DNA of 64,000 bases from an uncultured bacterium (GTDB lineage: Bacteria; Eisenbacteria; RBG-16-71-46; CAIMUX01; WJJG01): NCBI GenBank assembly GCA_964506245.1, contig CAZDKK010000018.1:973-64972 (forward strand). The letters run 5' to 3'. The translations under genes and the position numbers were made by a program. Shown piece by piece: positions 38,580 to 48,150 of the stretch. The first letter of the stretch is position 1. Each line of letters starts with the position of its first letter. The notes under the pieces were generated by a model. It worked only from the letters and a program-made list of their open reading frames with translations. It was not told the origin of the DNA and searched no databases.

Positions 38580-41252
38580 CTACGGCGCCGGCCAACCGGG
38601 GAAGATGTACTCGACCTGACGTACCGCGTAGGCGCGAGGATAGGCGTGGCGGTTCGTGAAGGTGACCTCGATGCGCAACGGTCCGCTCGACCGCACGCAA
38701 CCCCTCGCGAACCGGGCGCTCATCTGGCGCAGGTCGGTGGTGACCGGCAGCGCCGACCGGCAGTCGTTCCTCGCGTTTGTGGCCACCTCGAGCCCCAGCA
38801 GCGTTGAGGCCTCCTGCGCGCAACCGGTGAGCTTGACCTCCACCCCGCAGCAGCGCGTGTCCAGATCGAGCCCTTGGCCGGAGGCGAGCGCCGGGAAGAA
38901 GCTCGCCGTGAGGTCGTCGTCCGGGCGGAGGATGAGGGCGCTGCCGTCGGCGGGCAGCCAGGCGGGCGATCCGATCTGGTGCGTCTCCTCGGCGTCGAAG
39001 ACGAGGTCGACCCGCCCGCTCCACAGCGGGTTGTTGGTGTGCGCCACCCAGCCGCCACCCTCGGCGGCGAAGCTCAGGTAGACCGACGCGCGGATCTCGA
39101 AGTCGGCCGCGCTCGTGTCGGCCGCCAGCGAGGTCAAGTCGGTCACGGCGATTCGGTAGCCGGTGCCCGCACCGGCGCAGGGCTGAGGCTCCCACGCGAA
39201 GCGGCCGGTGTTGGCGGCGACGGCTGCGAGGGTCTGGCAGAGCACGCCGCCGTGCAACAGGTCGATGCGCACCTGCTCGCCGCACGTGGCGGAGGGATCC
39301 CAGGTGATGAATTCCTCGCTGCCGCTCACGAGCGACTCGCCCCCGTCGGGCCAGAGCAGGTCGAGCTCGCACGCGTCGAGGATCGAGAAGGGCCCGTAGC
39401 TCTGATCGACCCCGGTGCCGCCCGGCTCCGTGATGCGGATTCGATAGCCGGCCTCATGCCCACCCACCTGCTGCGCCCGCCAGTCGAAGCGGCCGGTGTT
39501 GGGGGCCGCCGAGGCGAGCTGGGCGCAGAGCACGCCATCGCGCAGCAGGTCGATCGCGACGACCTCGGCGCAGGCCCCGGTCGGCAGCCAGTTGACCGTC
39601 TCGACGCGCCCGGCGACCCACGCCTCGCCCCCGTTCGGCGCGTAGAGCCGCAGCGCGCAAGCCCCCTCGATCGCAAAGGTCCCGGGGCTCTCCCCTCCCC
39701 GGCCGCTGGCCAGGTCGGTGACGCGCACGCGATAGCCGGCCGTGGCGGACCCGCATCGCTCGGCGATCCAGGCGTAGCTGCCGCTGTTGGGGACGCCCGT
39801 GGCGATGGTGCGGCAGACGGCGCCCGCCCGCAGCAGATCGATCGCCACCGGCCCGTTGCAGGTGCCCGCGCGCAGCCAGGTGATCTCCGCCCTGGCGCCC
39901 TCGAGCAGCACCTCGCCGCCCTGGGGTGCGGTCACCGTGATGGCGCAGGGTTGGAAGATCGAGAAGCTGCCGTCGCTCGCGTCCGCGGCGCCGCTGGTGA
40001 GGTCGGTCACGCGGATGGCGTAGCCGTCTGGCTGGCCGCTGCACTGGCTGGCGGTCCAGATGAAGGTGCCGGTGTTCGGCGTGGCGGCCGAGATCGTCTG
40101 GCAGGGGCTTCCCGCGCGCAGAAGGTCGATCGCCACCAGCTCCCCGCAGGCGCCCTCCCAGTCCCAGCTGATCAGGTAGGGCTCGCCGGCCGCCCACGTC
40201 TCGCCGCCGTTCGGGAAAACCAGCGCGGGCGCGCACGAATCGCCCGCCTCGAGGATGCTGAAGGGCCCGTCGCTTTCATCCGAAGCGCCCCCGGCCGTGT
40301 CGGTGACGCGGATGAAGTACCCCTCGCTCGCCTCCCCCAGGCGGTGCGCGACCCAGGCGTGGCTCCCGTCGTTCGGCACGCCCGCGGCGATCAGCTCCTG
40401 CAGAGATGCGCTCGGATGGACCAGCGTGAGGTCGACCGTCGGCCCGCACGTGGTCGCGCTCTCCCACGTGATCGTGTGGATGCGACCCTCGACCCAGCGC
40501 TCGCCCCCGTTGGGCGCGAGCAGGGTCACGCTGCACGGGGCGGGCGGGAGGCCCAGCAGGGTGAGGTTGCAGTTGTTCTCGTCCCAGGCGCCGCTCGCTA
40601 GGTCGGTGACGCGAATCCGGTACTGGGTCGAGTCGGATGAACAGGGGCAGACGACCCAGTCGAACGATCCGTCGTTCGGCGTCACCTCGGTCACGCACCG
40701 GCAGGGCTCCGAGTTCTGGATCAGCTCGATCATCACCGTGCCGCCGCACAAGATGCCTTCGCTGCTCCAGGCGATGTGCATGACCTGGCCCTCGATCCAC
40801 ACGCGGTCGCGGTCGGGCTCGGTCACCTGGACCGTGCAGTCCGAACTCGGAATCGCCACGGTGAAGGGCTGGTCGCTCACATCCAGCGCGGTGGAGGCGG
40901 CGTCGCTCACGCGGATCTGGTAGCCGGTCGTGTCCTGGCCGCAGACCGTGCAGGTCCAGTCGAAGGTGCCGGTGTTGGCAGCCGAGTTGGCGATGATCGT
41001 GCAGACCTGACCGCCCCGCAGCAGGGCAATGTCGACGGTGGAGCCAATGCCCTCGGTGAGCCAGGTGATCGTCTGGATGCTGCCGGCCTGCCAGCTCTCG
41101 CCGCCGTTCGGGGCGATCACGGTGACCTCGCGCAGCTCGCCATCGCCGAAGTGGGACACGGGCTGCAGCCGCTCTTCTTCCAGGCAGCCGCAGGCCAGCG
41201 CGATGGCCATTGCGGGAGCCAACCGCAGCGCGGCCTTGCATGGGCGTGACAT
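38580..41252 (-). CDS. Surface lipoprotein with seven tandem Ig-like (Kre9/GPI-anchored-like) domains
   Basis: Lipobox LAC/ACG-C; seven repeats of P(N/D/Q)GGE.W..G....I.W ... IDLL..G..C..IA....N.G...W ... GY.IRVTD....D.SD..F.I. Confidence 0.85.
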   Translation of the reverse strand: MSRPCKAALRLAPAMAIALACGCLEEERLQPVSHFGDGELREVTVIAPNGGESWQAGSIQTITWLTEGIGSTVDIALLRGGQVCTIIANSAANTGTFDWTCTVCGQDTTGYQIRVSDAASTALDVSDQPFTVAIPSSDCTVQVTEPDRDRVWIEGQVMHIAWSSEGILCGGTVMIELIQNSEPCRCVTEVTPNDGSFDWVVCPCSSDSTQYRIRVTDLASGAWDENNCNLTLLGLPPAPCSVTLLAPNGGERWVEGRIHTITWESATTCGPTVDLTLVHPSASLQELIAAGVPNDGSHAWVAHRLGEASEGYFIRVTDTAGGASDESDGPFSILEAGDSCAPALVFPNGGETWAAGEPYLISWDWEGACGELVAIDLLRAGSPCQTISAATPNTGTFIWTASQCSGQPDGYAIRVTDLTSGAADASDGSFSIFQPCAITVTAPQGGEVLLEGARAEITWLRAGTCNGPVAIDLLRAGAVCRTIATGVPNSGSYAWIAERCGSATAGYRVRVTDLASGRGGESPGTFAIEGACALRLYAPNGGEAWVAGRVETVNWLPTGACAEVVAIDLLRDGVLCAQLASAAPNTGRFDWRAQQVGGHEAGYRIRITEPGGTGVDQSYGPFSILDACELDLLWPDGGESLVSGSEEFITWDPSATCGEQVRIDLLHGGVLCQTLAAVAANTGRFAWEPQPCAGAGTGYRIAVTDLTSLAADTSAADFEIRASVYLSFAAEGGGWVAHTNNPLWSGRVDLVFDAEETHQIGSPAWLPADGSALILRPDDDLTASFFPALASGQGLDLDTRCCGVEVKLTGCAQEASTLLGLEVATNARNDCRSALPVTTDLRQMSARFARGCVRSSGPLRIEVTFTNRHAYPRAYAVRQVEYIFPGWPAP

Positions 41253-41427
41253 CCCCGCGCCCTCCTCATGTTCGGGCGGCGGCCGCGTCCTCGGCCACTC
41301 GTCCTCCTGCCTGCGGATCCTGGACGAGGCCCGGCAGACAGGTGGTCCTTCTCAACCAATCTCGGCCGAGGGACGGCGCACCTTGAGGTTGGGACGGGAA
41401 GGGACGAAGGGCCTGGATCTGGCGGGA

Positions 41428-42105
41428 TCAGCGCAGGTCAACGACGCTGTTCATGATCGACAGGTTGCGGCCGGCGCAGACGAAGAGCTTGCGCTGGCTG
41501 CGATCGTCCGTGGGCACAAAGGGGCCCCACGGGCCCGTCGCCAGGCGGTCCAGGAACCGCGCGACCTGAGCCTCGGTGCCGCAAGCTCGCAGGTCCACGT
41601 GGTACGGGGGGAAGCAGGGCCCGGTCGTGTGCGCGAGGAGCGAGCGCTCGGCCAGCGCCAGGCCGCAGGAGTCGATCCGCGCGCCCACGGCCTCGACCGC
41701 CGCTACCCACTCGGAGTCCGCGAGGGGCGCAACCGACCCGACCTGCGCGAAGAGCGGCGTGTCGACGCCCAGCCGCTCGCACGCGGGTCCGCCTCGGGGC
41801 CCCTCGCCCGGGGCGAGCAACTCGACCAGCGCGGCTTGCGCGGCGCTGTCGGAGAAGGCAGCCAATCCGTACGCGCGCTCGGTCGTCTGGCACCCCCCCA
41901 CACGCATGACCGGACCCTCCGGTGGCGGGCTCGCGCCGCGGCCGGCGTCCCGGCTGCCGCCCGCCGCGAGCGCGGGCAGCGCGGCCAGGGTGAGCGCGAG
42001 GGCGATCCGGGCGGGGCGCGCAATCGGCACCCGCCGAGCGCGACGGGGGATTGCCACGCGCCGAGCCCGGTGGGCCATCGGTGCATGTCGCCGCGGGGAC
42101 ATCAC
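41428..42105 (-). CDS. Hypothetical secreted protein with six Cys
   Basis: GTGA overlap with the upstream gene; hydrophobic signal IALALTLAALPALA; exact start uncertain. Confidence 0.55.
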   Translation of the reverse strand: MMSPRRHAPMAHRARRVAIPRRARRVPIARPARIALALTLAALPALAAGGSRDAGRGASPPPEGPVMRVGGCQTTERAYGLAAFSDSAAQAALVELLAPGEGPRGGPACERLGVDTPLFAQVGSVAPLADSEWVAAVEAVGARIDSCGLALAERSLLAHTTGPCFPPYHVDLRACGTEAQVARFLDRLATGPWGPFVPTDDRSQRKLFVCAGRNLSIMNSVVDLR

Positions 42106-45100
42106 CGTTTCTCCAGTTCCTCCTGCACCTCGAGGGCGCGCTCGTACGCGCGCCGCACCAGTGGGTCAGCTTCATCCTGCATCCGCAGGCGCAAGAAGTC
42201 GAGGGTCGGATCGCCGCCCAGGATCGCCAGGCCCTCGACCGCGGCGGCGCGGGCGGGCGCGTTGCCCATCGCCCAGGGGCCGTCCAGGGCGGCCATGAGC
42301 GTGCGGCGCGCCAGGCCCCGCGCTTCGACGGCGCGCTCGCCGGTCGAGTCGCGCAGCGCGGCCGCGAGGACACCGAGGGTGTGGAGCGCGATCCGGCGCT
42401 GCCCGGCCAGAGACCCGGCGCCGTTCAGCTCCGCGCAGAGCGGCGCGATCGATGACGCGCCGAAGCTGCGTAGCACCTCGCGGGCCGCGGCGCGTACCGT
42501 GAAGACGGGGTCGCCCAGCAGCGTGACGAACTGCGGCACGGAGGTCGAGTCCTTGAGGTCGCGCAGCGCGCCGACCGTCACGATGCGCCGGCGCTCGAGC
42601 GGATCGCGCAGGAAGGGCCGGAGCGCGGGGGCCGACTCGGGCTTGCCGATCATCCCGAGCGCCCCGATGAGCTGCGTCCAGCGCCGCTCCTGCTTGCGGT
42701 CGCGCAGCATCGCCTCCATCGGCGCGCGGGCCTCGGCCCGCTTCAGGTTCCCGAGCAGGCTGATGACATTGCGCTGCGTCTGTGGGATGTCCGACGCGAG
42801 CAGCGGCAGCACGCGCGCGGCGAAGGAGTCGGGGTAGGCCTTCGACAGATCCTCGATCGCCCGGTATTCGAGACTCTCGCGCGTCGACAGCTTCTCGGCC
42901 ACCACGTAGTCGACGGCGGGAATGCCCTTGGTGACGAGCGCCTTGCGGGCGCGGGCGACCTTCTCGCGCGCGCTGCCGACTTCCCAGATCGACGCGGTCT
43001 TGAACAGCTCCTCGACCGTGCGGGCCGAGTCCTGCGCGGTGAGCACGATCTCCGGCACGACCTCGCCCGGGAAGACGACGTCGCGGTCGAGGTCGATCCC
43101 GGCGCCGTAGGCCTGCTGGCACCAGACGGCGCCGTCCGCCCCCGGCGAGTTCGCGGGGTAGGTGTCGCGGCCCTCGAGGTCGAGGAAGATGCCGGCGCCG
43201 CAGAAGCCCCGGGCCCAGGTCAGGCTGCCCTGTCCCCCACCGTACGTCGCGTAGAAGTCGTCGCCCTGCTCGTCGATGAGGATGGCCGAGGAGTTGGTGA
43301 TGCTGAAGCCGTGGGCCGCGTCGGTCATGTAGTAGTCGCGGCCGCCCTCGTCGAGCAGCATGCCGACGGAGAGATCGTGCGCCGTGCCTTGGACCACGCC
43401 GTTCTTGGAGATGTACTGGTCGTCGCCGCCGCGGTCCCACAGCGAGCCGATCGCCAGGTGGATGCCGGCGCCCTGCCCGTACTGCGTCTCGAGGTAGCGG
43501 TCGTTGCCCCCCCCGTCGAAGAGGAAGCCCAGCGCGTACCAGTAGGCTGCGCCCTGGGCGTAGACCTCGGCGTCGTAGTAGTCGTTGCCTGCTTCGTCGA
43601 TCAGGATCCCGACACCGCCCGCGGCGCGCGGGCGGAAGCCGATCGAGAAGCCCTGCGACAGGGACTGGAAATCGTGCGGCAGGAGCGGCGTGTGCAGGTA
43701 GCGCCCTCCGGACCGGTAGGTGTCGTTCCCCTCGCGATCGTAGAGCAGGCCGGCGCCGAAGGTGGACGCGAAGCCCTGCGACTGGCGCGCGCAGATGTAG
43801 GTGTCGTTCTCGTCGTAGCGCAGCGGGCGCGCGCCCGTGCCCGGCACGGCGATCAGGCCGGCGTCGAAGGCGCGGTCGGGCTCGAGCTCGGGGCCGGGCG
43901 GCGCGTCGGGTCCGCAGTCGGAGATGAGCACGCCGAGCCCGAAGGCGCCCGAGCCCTGCGCGAGGTTGCGGCCCTCGAAGAGGTCCGCGCCCGCGCCGTC
44001 GTAGAGCAGGCCCGCGCCGAAGAAGCCGGCGCCGCAGCTCCCGTCCTCGCCGCGGTAGATGTCGTCGCCCGCAAGGTCGAGCAGCGCGGCGATGCCCAGC
44101 ACCGCGCCGCCGATCGCGTAGGAGCGCTCGCGCGCCTCGTAGAGGTCGTCGCCGGCGAGGTCCACCACCGCCGACAGCGGCCGCAGGAGGGTGCCCACGG
44201 CCGAGGCCGCGCGGCCGCGGTAGACGTCGTCGCCGCCGGGCTCGATCAGGAAGGCGATCTTGTCGAGCGCGCTGGCCTCGTAGACGTTGGGTCCCGGGCC
44301 GCCGACCACGAAGAGGCCCCATGGCGTTTCGGTCGCCATGGTGATCGGGCCGGCGATGCCCTCGAAGCCGAGCGACGCGGGCGGGAGCTGGATGCCACGG
44401 CTGCCCGCGGCGAGGGCTGCCAGGCCGTTCCAGAAGCCCCGCGTGGCGCGCGTGAGCGCTACGCGGTCGAGCTTGACAGCCAGATCGAGGAGCAGGTCCT
44501 CGTCGACCTCAACCGTCGTGTCGACGGGCGCGCCGCGCTCGAAGTGCAGGCTCCCCTTGCGCGCCTTCTCGGCCGGCTCCTCCCAGTTGCCCCAGACCGC
44601 GGGGGCGAGGATGAGGAGGTTCTGGCGGTCCGTGTCGGTGAGCCGGCGGAAGGCCTGCGCGAGGTCTTGGTCGGCCGCGCGGGCACAGGCGAGGAAGGCG
44701 TCTAAGCGCTGTTCGAGGTCGACACCCTCGGCGTAGACGCGCCCGGCCTCGGCCTCGCGGCCGGGCCAGGGCCCGGGCGGCAGGGCGCGATCGTCGGGCG
44801 CGTCGATGAGGCGCGCGAGCTCGGCCGACACCGCGGCCGGGTCGTTCACCGCTGCGCGCAGGTTCGCCAGCGTCTCGGTCTGCCATCCGGGCAGGCGCAG
44901 CGGGTCGTTCAGGATTTCCTCGATCAGCGCCAGGCGGAAGGTGTCGTCCTCGGCATAGAGCTTGTCGAAGCCGAGCTCGGCCGGGGCGATGTCGAGGTCG
45001 TCCAGGGCGCGCAGGAGCGTCGCGGCGGCGAGCGAGTCGAGGCCGGGGACGGCGGTGGCCCCCGGTGCGCGCGGGGCGGGCGGGCTCGCGGCTGGAGCAG

Positions 45101-45218
45101 CGCCGGCGGGCGGGACGCCTGCCGCGGGAGCGATCACGGCCGCGCTGATCGAGCCAATCAGAAGCGCGAGCAGCAAAATGGCTGCGAAGGTTCTGCGATT
45201 CATCGAGACGATGTCCAT
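42102..45218 (-). CDS. Secreted protein with about 12 D-x-x-G-x-D-x-Y repeats and C-terminal HEAT repeats
   Basis: SD GGAGAG; signal peptide; VDLAGDDLY, LDLAGDDIY, YDREGNDTY, IDEAGNDYY, FDGGGNDRY, WDRGGDDQY etc.; HEAT-like LL.DP...VR.AA...L. Confidence 0.85.
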   Translation of the reverse strand: MDIVSMNRRTFAAILLLALLIGSISAAVIAPAAGVPPAGAAPAASPPAPRAPGATAVPGLDSLAAATLLRALDDLDIAPAELGFDKLYAEDDTFRLALIEEILNDPLRLPGWQTETLANLRAAVNDPAAVSAELARLIDAPDDRALPPGPWPGREAEAGRVYAEGVDLEQRLDAFLACARAADQDLAQAFRRLTDTDRQNLLILAPAVWGNWEEPAEKARKGSLHFERGAPVDTTVEVDEDLLLDLAVKLDRVALTRATRGFWNGLAALAAGSRGIQLPPASLGFEGIAGPITMATETPWGLFVVGGPGPNVYEASALDKIAFLIEPGGDDVYRGRAASAVGTLLRPLSAVVDLAGDDLYEARERSYAIGGAVLGIAALLDLAGDDIYRGEDGSCGAGFFGAGLLYDGAGADLFEGRNLAQGSGAFGLGVLISDCGPDAPPGPELEPDRAFDAGLIAVPGTGARPLRYDENDTYICARQSQGFASTFGAGLLYDREGNDTYRSGGRYLHTPLLPHDFQSLSQGFSIGFRPRAAGGVGILIDEAGNDYYDAEVYAQGAAYWYALGFLFDGGGNDRYLETQYGQGAGIHLAIGSLWDRGGDDQYISKNGVVQGTAHDLSVGMLLDEGGRDYYMTDAAHGFSITNSSAILIDEQGDDFYATYGGGQGSLTWARGFCGAGIFLDLEGRDTYPANSPGADGAVWCQQAYGAGIDLDRDVVFPGEVVPEIVLTAQDSARTVEELFKTASIWEVGSAREKVARARKALVTKGIPAVDYVVAEKLSTRESLEYRAIEDLSKAYPDSFAARVLPLLASDIPQTQRNVISLLGNLKRAEARAPMEAMLRDRKQERRWTQLIGALGMIGKPESAPALRPFLRDPLERRRIVTVGALRDLKDSTSVPQFVTLLGDPVFTVRAAAREVLRSFGASSIAPLCAELNGAGSLAGQRRIALHTLGVLAAALRDSTGERAVEARGLARRTLMAALDGPWAMGNAPARAAAVEGLAILGGDPTLDFLRLRMQDEADPLVRRAYERALEVQEELEKR

Positions 45219-45810
45219 CGTGTTCTCTCCCGGATCGGAGCGCGAGGTCCGAGGCTCATGAAACCCCACGGCTGCTGACAGCACCGCTTGGTGCAGAGCC
45301 GGAGTCGTGTGGCGAGGCCCGAGCCCGCGGCCGACATCGCGGAACCTGCAACGAGTCGCTCCCAGATGCAAGCAGATAGAGCAGATAGAGCGGCATCCGC
45401 ACGAACGGGATGGGCGTGAGGAGCATGGTTGGCGATGAGCGCGCCCTGTTGGGTGTACTCATCACCCATCTCACCCTGCATGGTCACATCTTCGGCGCGA
45501 TCTGCTCGTAGCACTTTGAACCGTCACTCCTCACTTCCCTCGCGCTGTCGAGGGCTTTCATTGAGCACCTTCCCCTCGCGAAGTGCGGATGCGATGAATG
45601 AGCAGCAGCACCGGGACCTGGCATCGCGCCGGGTGGCCGCGAGAACCAGTTGCCTGTCCTGAGTCCACACTTCTCCTCGGCGCCTGCACTCCACCTCGAC
45701 ATCACTCGCAGAATGTGGCTCAATCTCCCCGTTGGCATGCTGGTTCTTGTGAAGCGATGCGGGGCAGGCCTCCGACACACGAACGGAGACCACCGAGTCA
45801 TGCGACATAG

Positions 45811-48066
45811 ATGAACGAACATCGAGCAGGCAGGGCACACCGTTTGACTGTGCATATTCAAGCCATGACGCGGCCCCGGGTGACCCCTCTTGGGGGCCAG
45901 GGATCTGGGCGAGCGCGTCCCGCGCGAGGCCTGTCACCTGGTCAACATGCGGTACCAGCCTTCGTCCCCGTCTGGCTGGGGACGTTCCTCGTCTGGTTGG
46001 GGTGGGCATGCCCTGCCGTCGCCACGACAACCATCCCATGCGGCGACGAAGCCACGTTGATCGTGAACGGCGATGGAACGGCGAGTGTTCGTACGGGGCA
46101 CGATGGACCGGGACTCGAGATGGCAGGTTGGTCACTCGATACGGATCAGGGAACCATCCGTCTGGCTGACCTCGTCCCCAGCGTCGCGGCGGAGGAGAGG
46201 ACCGACAGCTCGATCGTCCGGATCCTGGCGGGGGGCGAGCGGGTCGCCGTGGCTCTGACCTACACCGCCTTCCCCGCGAGACGGGAGCTGCGTATAGCGC
46301 TCGAGGTCGATTACCTGCAGTCGTGCGAACTTACGCGTGGCGGTCTGGACGTCGAATTCGATCCAGCTTTGGTGCTCTACCGAGGCCCGCACGCGATCGT
46401 CTGCCGCGACGCTGCCCGCAACCAGCAGCAGACGCTCTACACACAACGAGCGATTCTGGCGGTAGACCAGGCCCGCGGCCGCGCGTTCTGCGTGCACGGG
46501 CTGCACCATGGGGCACTCGGGGTAGAACTGCTCTCGGAAGACGGCTTCCTCTTCTACGATGGCGAAGCTCACTGCACCGTGTTGAGGCGACCGACCTACG
46601 AGGAGGTCGGGGAGCACCGCTCGACCCGCCGGGAGGCCGGCGCGCACGATGTGATGAAGGTGCTTCTGGCACTGGACCCCGATCGGCCCACCGCCTGGAT
46701 CAACACCTTCCCCGGCGCCTGCCCGGCGGCCTTCACCCTGGTCGACGACGCCGACGGCGAAAGGCGCGAGCTGCTGCTGGCCGCCTACTACGGGGCGTCC
46801 GACACGGCAAGCGCTGGTTTCCGTCGGGGTGGTCTGTTGGGCCACGGCCTCGAGACGACACGCACGATCTTCGCCAACTCCCGGCTATACGACGTCTGGG
46901 ACCGCTTGCAGGCTGATGGCGTGGAGATCGCTCTGCACACGCCGACTGGCCAGGCAGACTCTGCGGGTCTGACCGCCGAGTGTCTGGCGGAGCTTGTACC
47001 CCGTTACCGAATCCGCCAGTGGGTCGACCATGCCGTCTCGGGCAACCCGGAGGACCTCAACTTCCGCGGCAGCTACCCGCCGGACGATAATCCCTTCTAC
47101 GTCCTGGATCTGCTGGAGGAGTACCACTTTGATTACGCGTGGGTGGAAGGCAACATGTTCCGCGGCTTCGACGCCTTCCGCGATCGCCGTGAGCTTCCGC
47201 ACCACCTCGACGCCGTCGATGATCCAGGGGTGCCGGGGCAGTTGCTCGTCTACGGTCGGGGTGGTGGCGTCTTCTTTGAGAACTACTGGAGCTGTATGCG
47301 GGATGTCGTGACACCCCCCGCATTGGAGGAGCTGACGCTCACGGCCGGCCTGGCGGTTCTCTACACACACATGTGCCTCGTGCGGTACCATGGCGCGGAC
47401 GTGGGGTACCTCGAGCAGGATGGAGACACGTGGGTGGTCAAGCCGGAGGCAGAGGAGCTTCTCTCGCTATTGGAGCAGCGCAAGGATGCGGGGGAGCTCT
47501 GGGTCGCTCCGGCTGCCACGATCTTCGATCGGTTGCGGGCCATCGACTCGCTGGTTCTGACAGACTTGGGGGATCTCCCTGACGGCCGCGCAGCAATGCG
47601 CTTGTCGAATAGAGGGGCGCTCCCCCTCGAGGATTTGGGCGTCTACCTGCAGAATTGCACTTCGATTTCGATTGGCGGTCGGCCGGTCACACCGACCGAT
47701 GGGGGATGGATCACTGTCCCAAGGTTGGATGCCGGGGCTGAGATCCTGATCGAAGCTCGGCCACTATTTCCGGCCGGGGCCGTAGGTCGCATCGTAGCTC
47801 TGCCCAATCCGTGCCGGGGAGCTTCCGGGTTGTACTTCGAGCTCTCTCCCGACGAGGCCGATGGGACCGAACTGGAGGTCCAGATCCAGGACTGCCTCGG
47901 ACGGGTACTATGGGGGGGCAGTCCCCACGAGGTCGGCCCGGGCCGATTCCGGGTCGAGTGGGACGGACGCGATGCTCGCGGTCGGCCCGTCCCGTCGGGG
48001 CGCTACTGGGCCCACCTGCTCCCGACGACCCGGTCGCGAATCGCCGCGATCATGCTGGTACGTTGA
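45811..48066 (+). CDS. Secreted protein with polysaccharide-deacetylase/glycoside-hydrolase-like barrel and FlgD-Ig/T9SS-like C-terminal domain
   Basis: Signal segment ending CPAVA; FTLVDDADG, GVEIALHT, WVDHA, LAVLYTHM; tail LPNPC...IQDCLGRVL...WDGRDARGRPVPSGRYW...IMLVR; start may be 45865 or later. Confidence 0.7.
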   Translation: MNEHRAGRAHRLTVHIQAMTRPRVTPLGGQGSGRARPARGLSPGQHAVPAFVPVWLGTFLVWLGWACPAVATTTIPCGDEATLIVNGDGTASVRTGHDGPGLEMAGWSLDTDQGTIRLADLVPSVAAEERTDSSIVRILAGGERVAVALTYTAFPARRELRIALEVDYLQSCELTRGGLDVEFDPALVLYRGPHAIVCRDAARNQQQTLYTQRAILAVDQARGRAFCVHGLHHGALGVELLSEDGFLFYDGEAHCTVLRRPTYEEVGEHRSTRREAGAHDVMKVLLALDPDRPTAWINTFPGACPAAFTLVDDADGERRELLLAAYYGASDTASAGFRRGGLLGHGLETTRTIFANSRLYDVWDRLQADGVEIALHTPTGQADSAGLTAECLAELVPRYRIRQWVDHAVSGNPEDLNFRGSYPPDDNPFYVLDLLEEYHFDYAWVEGNMFRGFDAFRDRRELPHHLDAVDDPGVPGQLLVYGRGGGVFFENYWSCMRDVVTPPALEELTLTAGLAVLYTHMCLVRYHGADVGYLEQDGDTWVVKPEAEELLSLLEQRKDAGELWVAPAATIFDRLRAIDSLVLTDLGDLPDGRAAMRLSNRGALPLEDLGVYLQNCTSISIGGRPVTPTDGGWITVPRLDAGAEILIEARPLFPAGAVGRIVALPNPCRGASGLYFELSPDEADGTELEVQIQDCLGRVLWGGSPHEVGPGRFRVEWDGRDARGRPVPSGRYWAHLLPTTRSRIAAIMLVR

Positions 48067-48150
48067 GAAACAGGCTCCGCTGGCAGAGGGCCCGTGTAGC
48101 AGGAATCGGCGCCCTGGGAACGGCAAAAAGGGCCATGGAGCCGTAACGCC

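Noticed and set aside
45219-45810. Short ORFs between the HEAT-repeat gene and the deacetylase-like gene
   Set aside because: No RBS, motif or consistent codon bias; treated as a divergent intergenic region or unassignable remnant.
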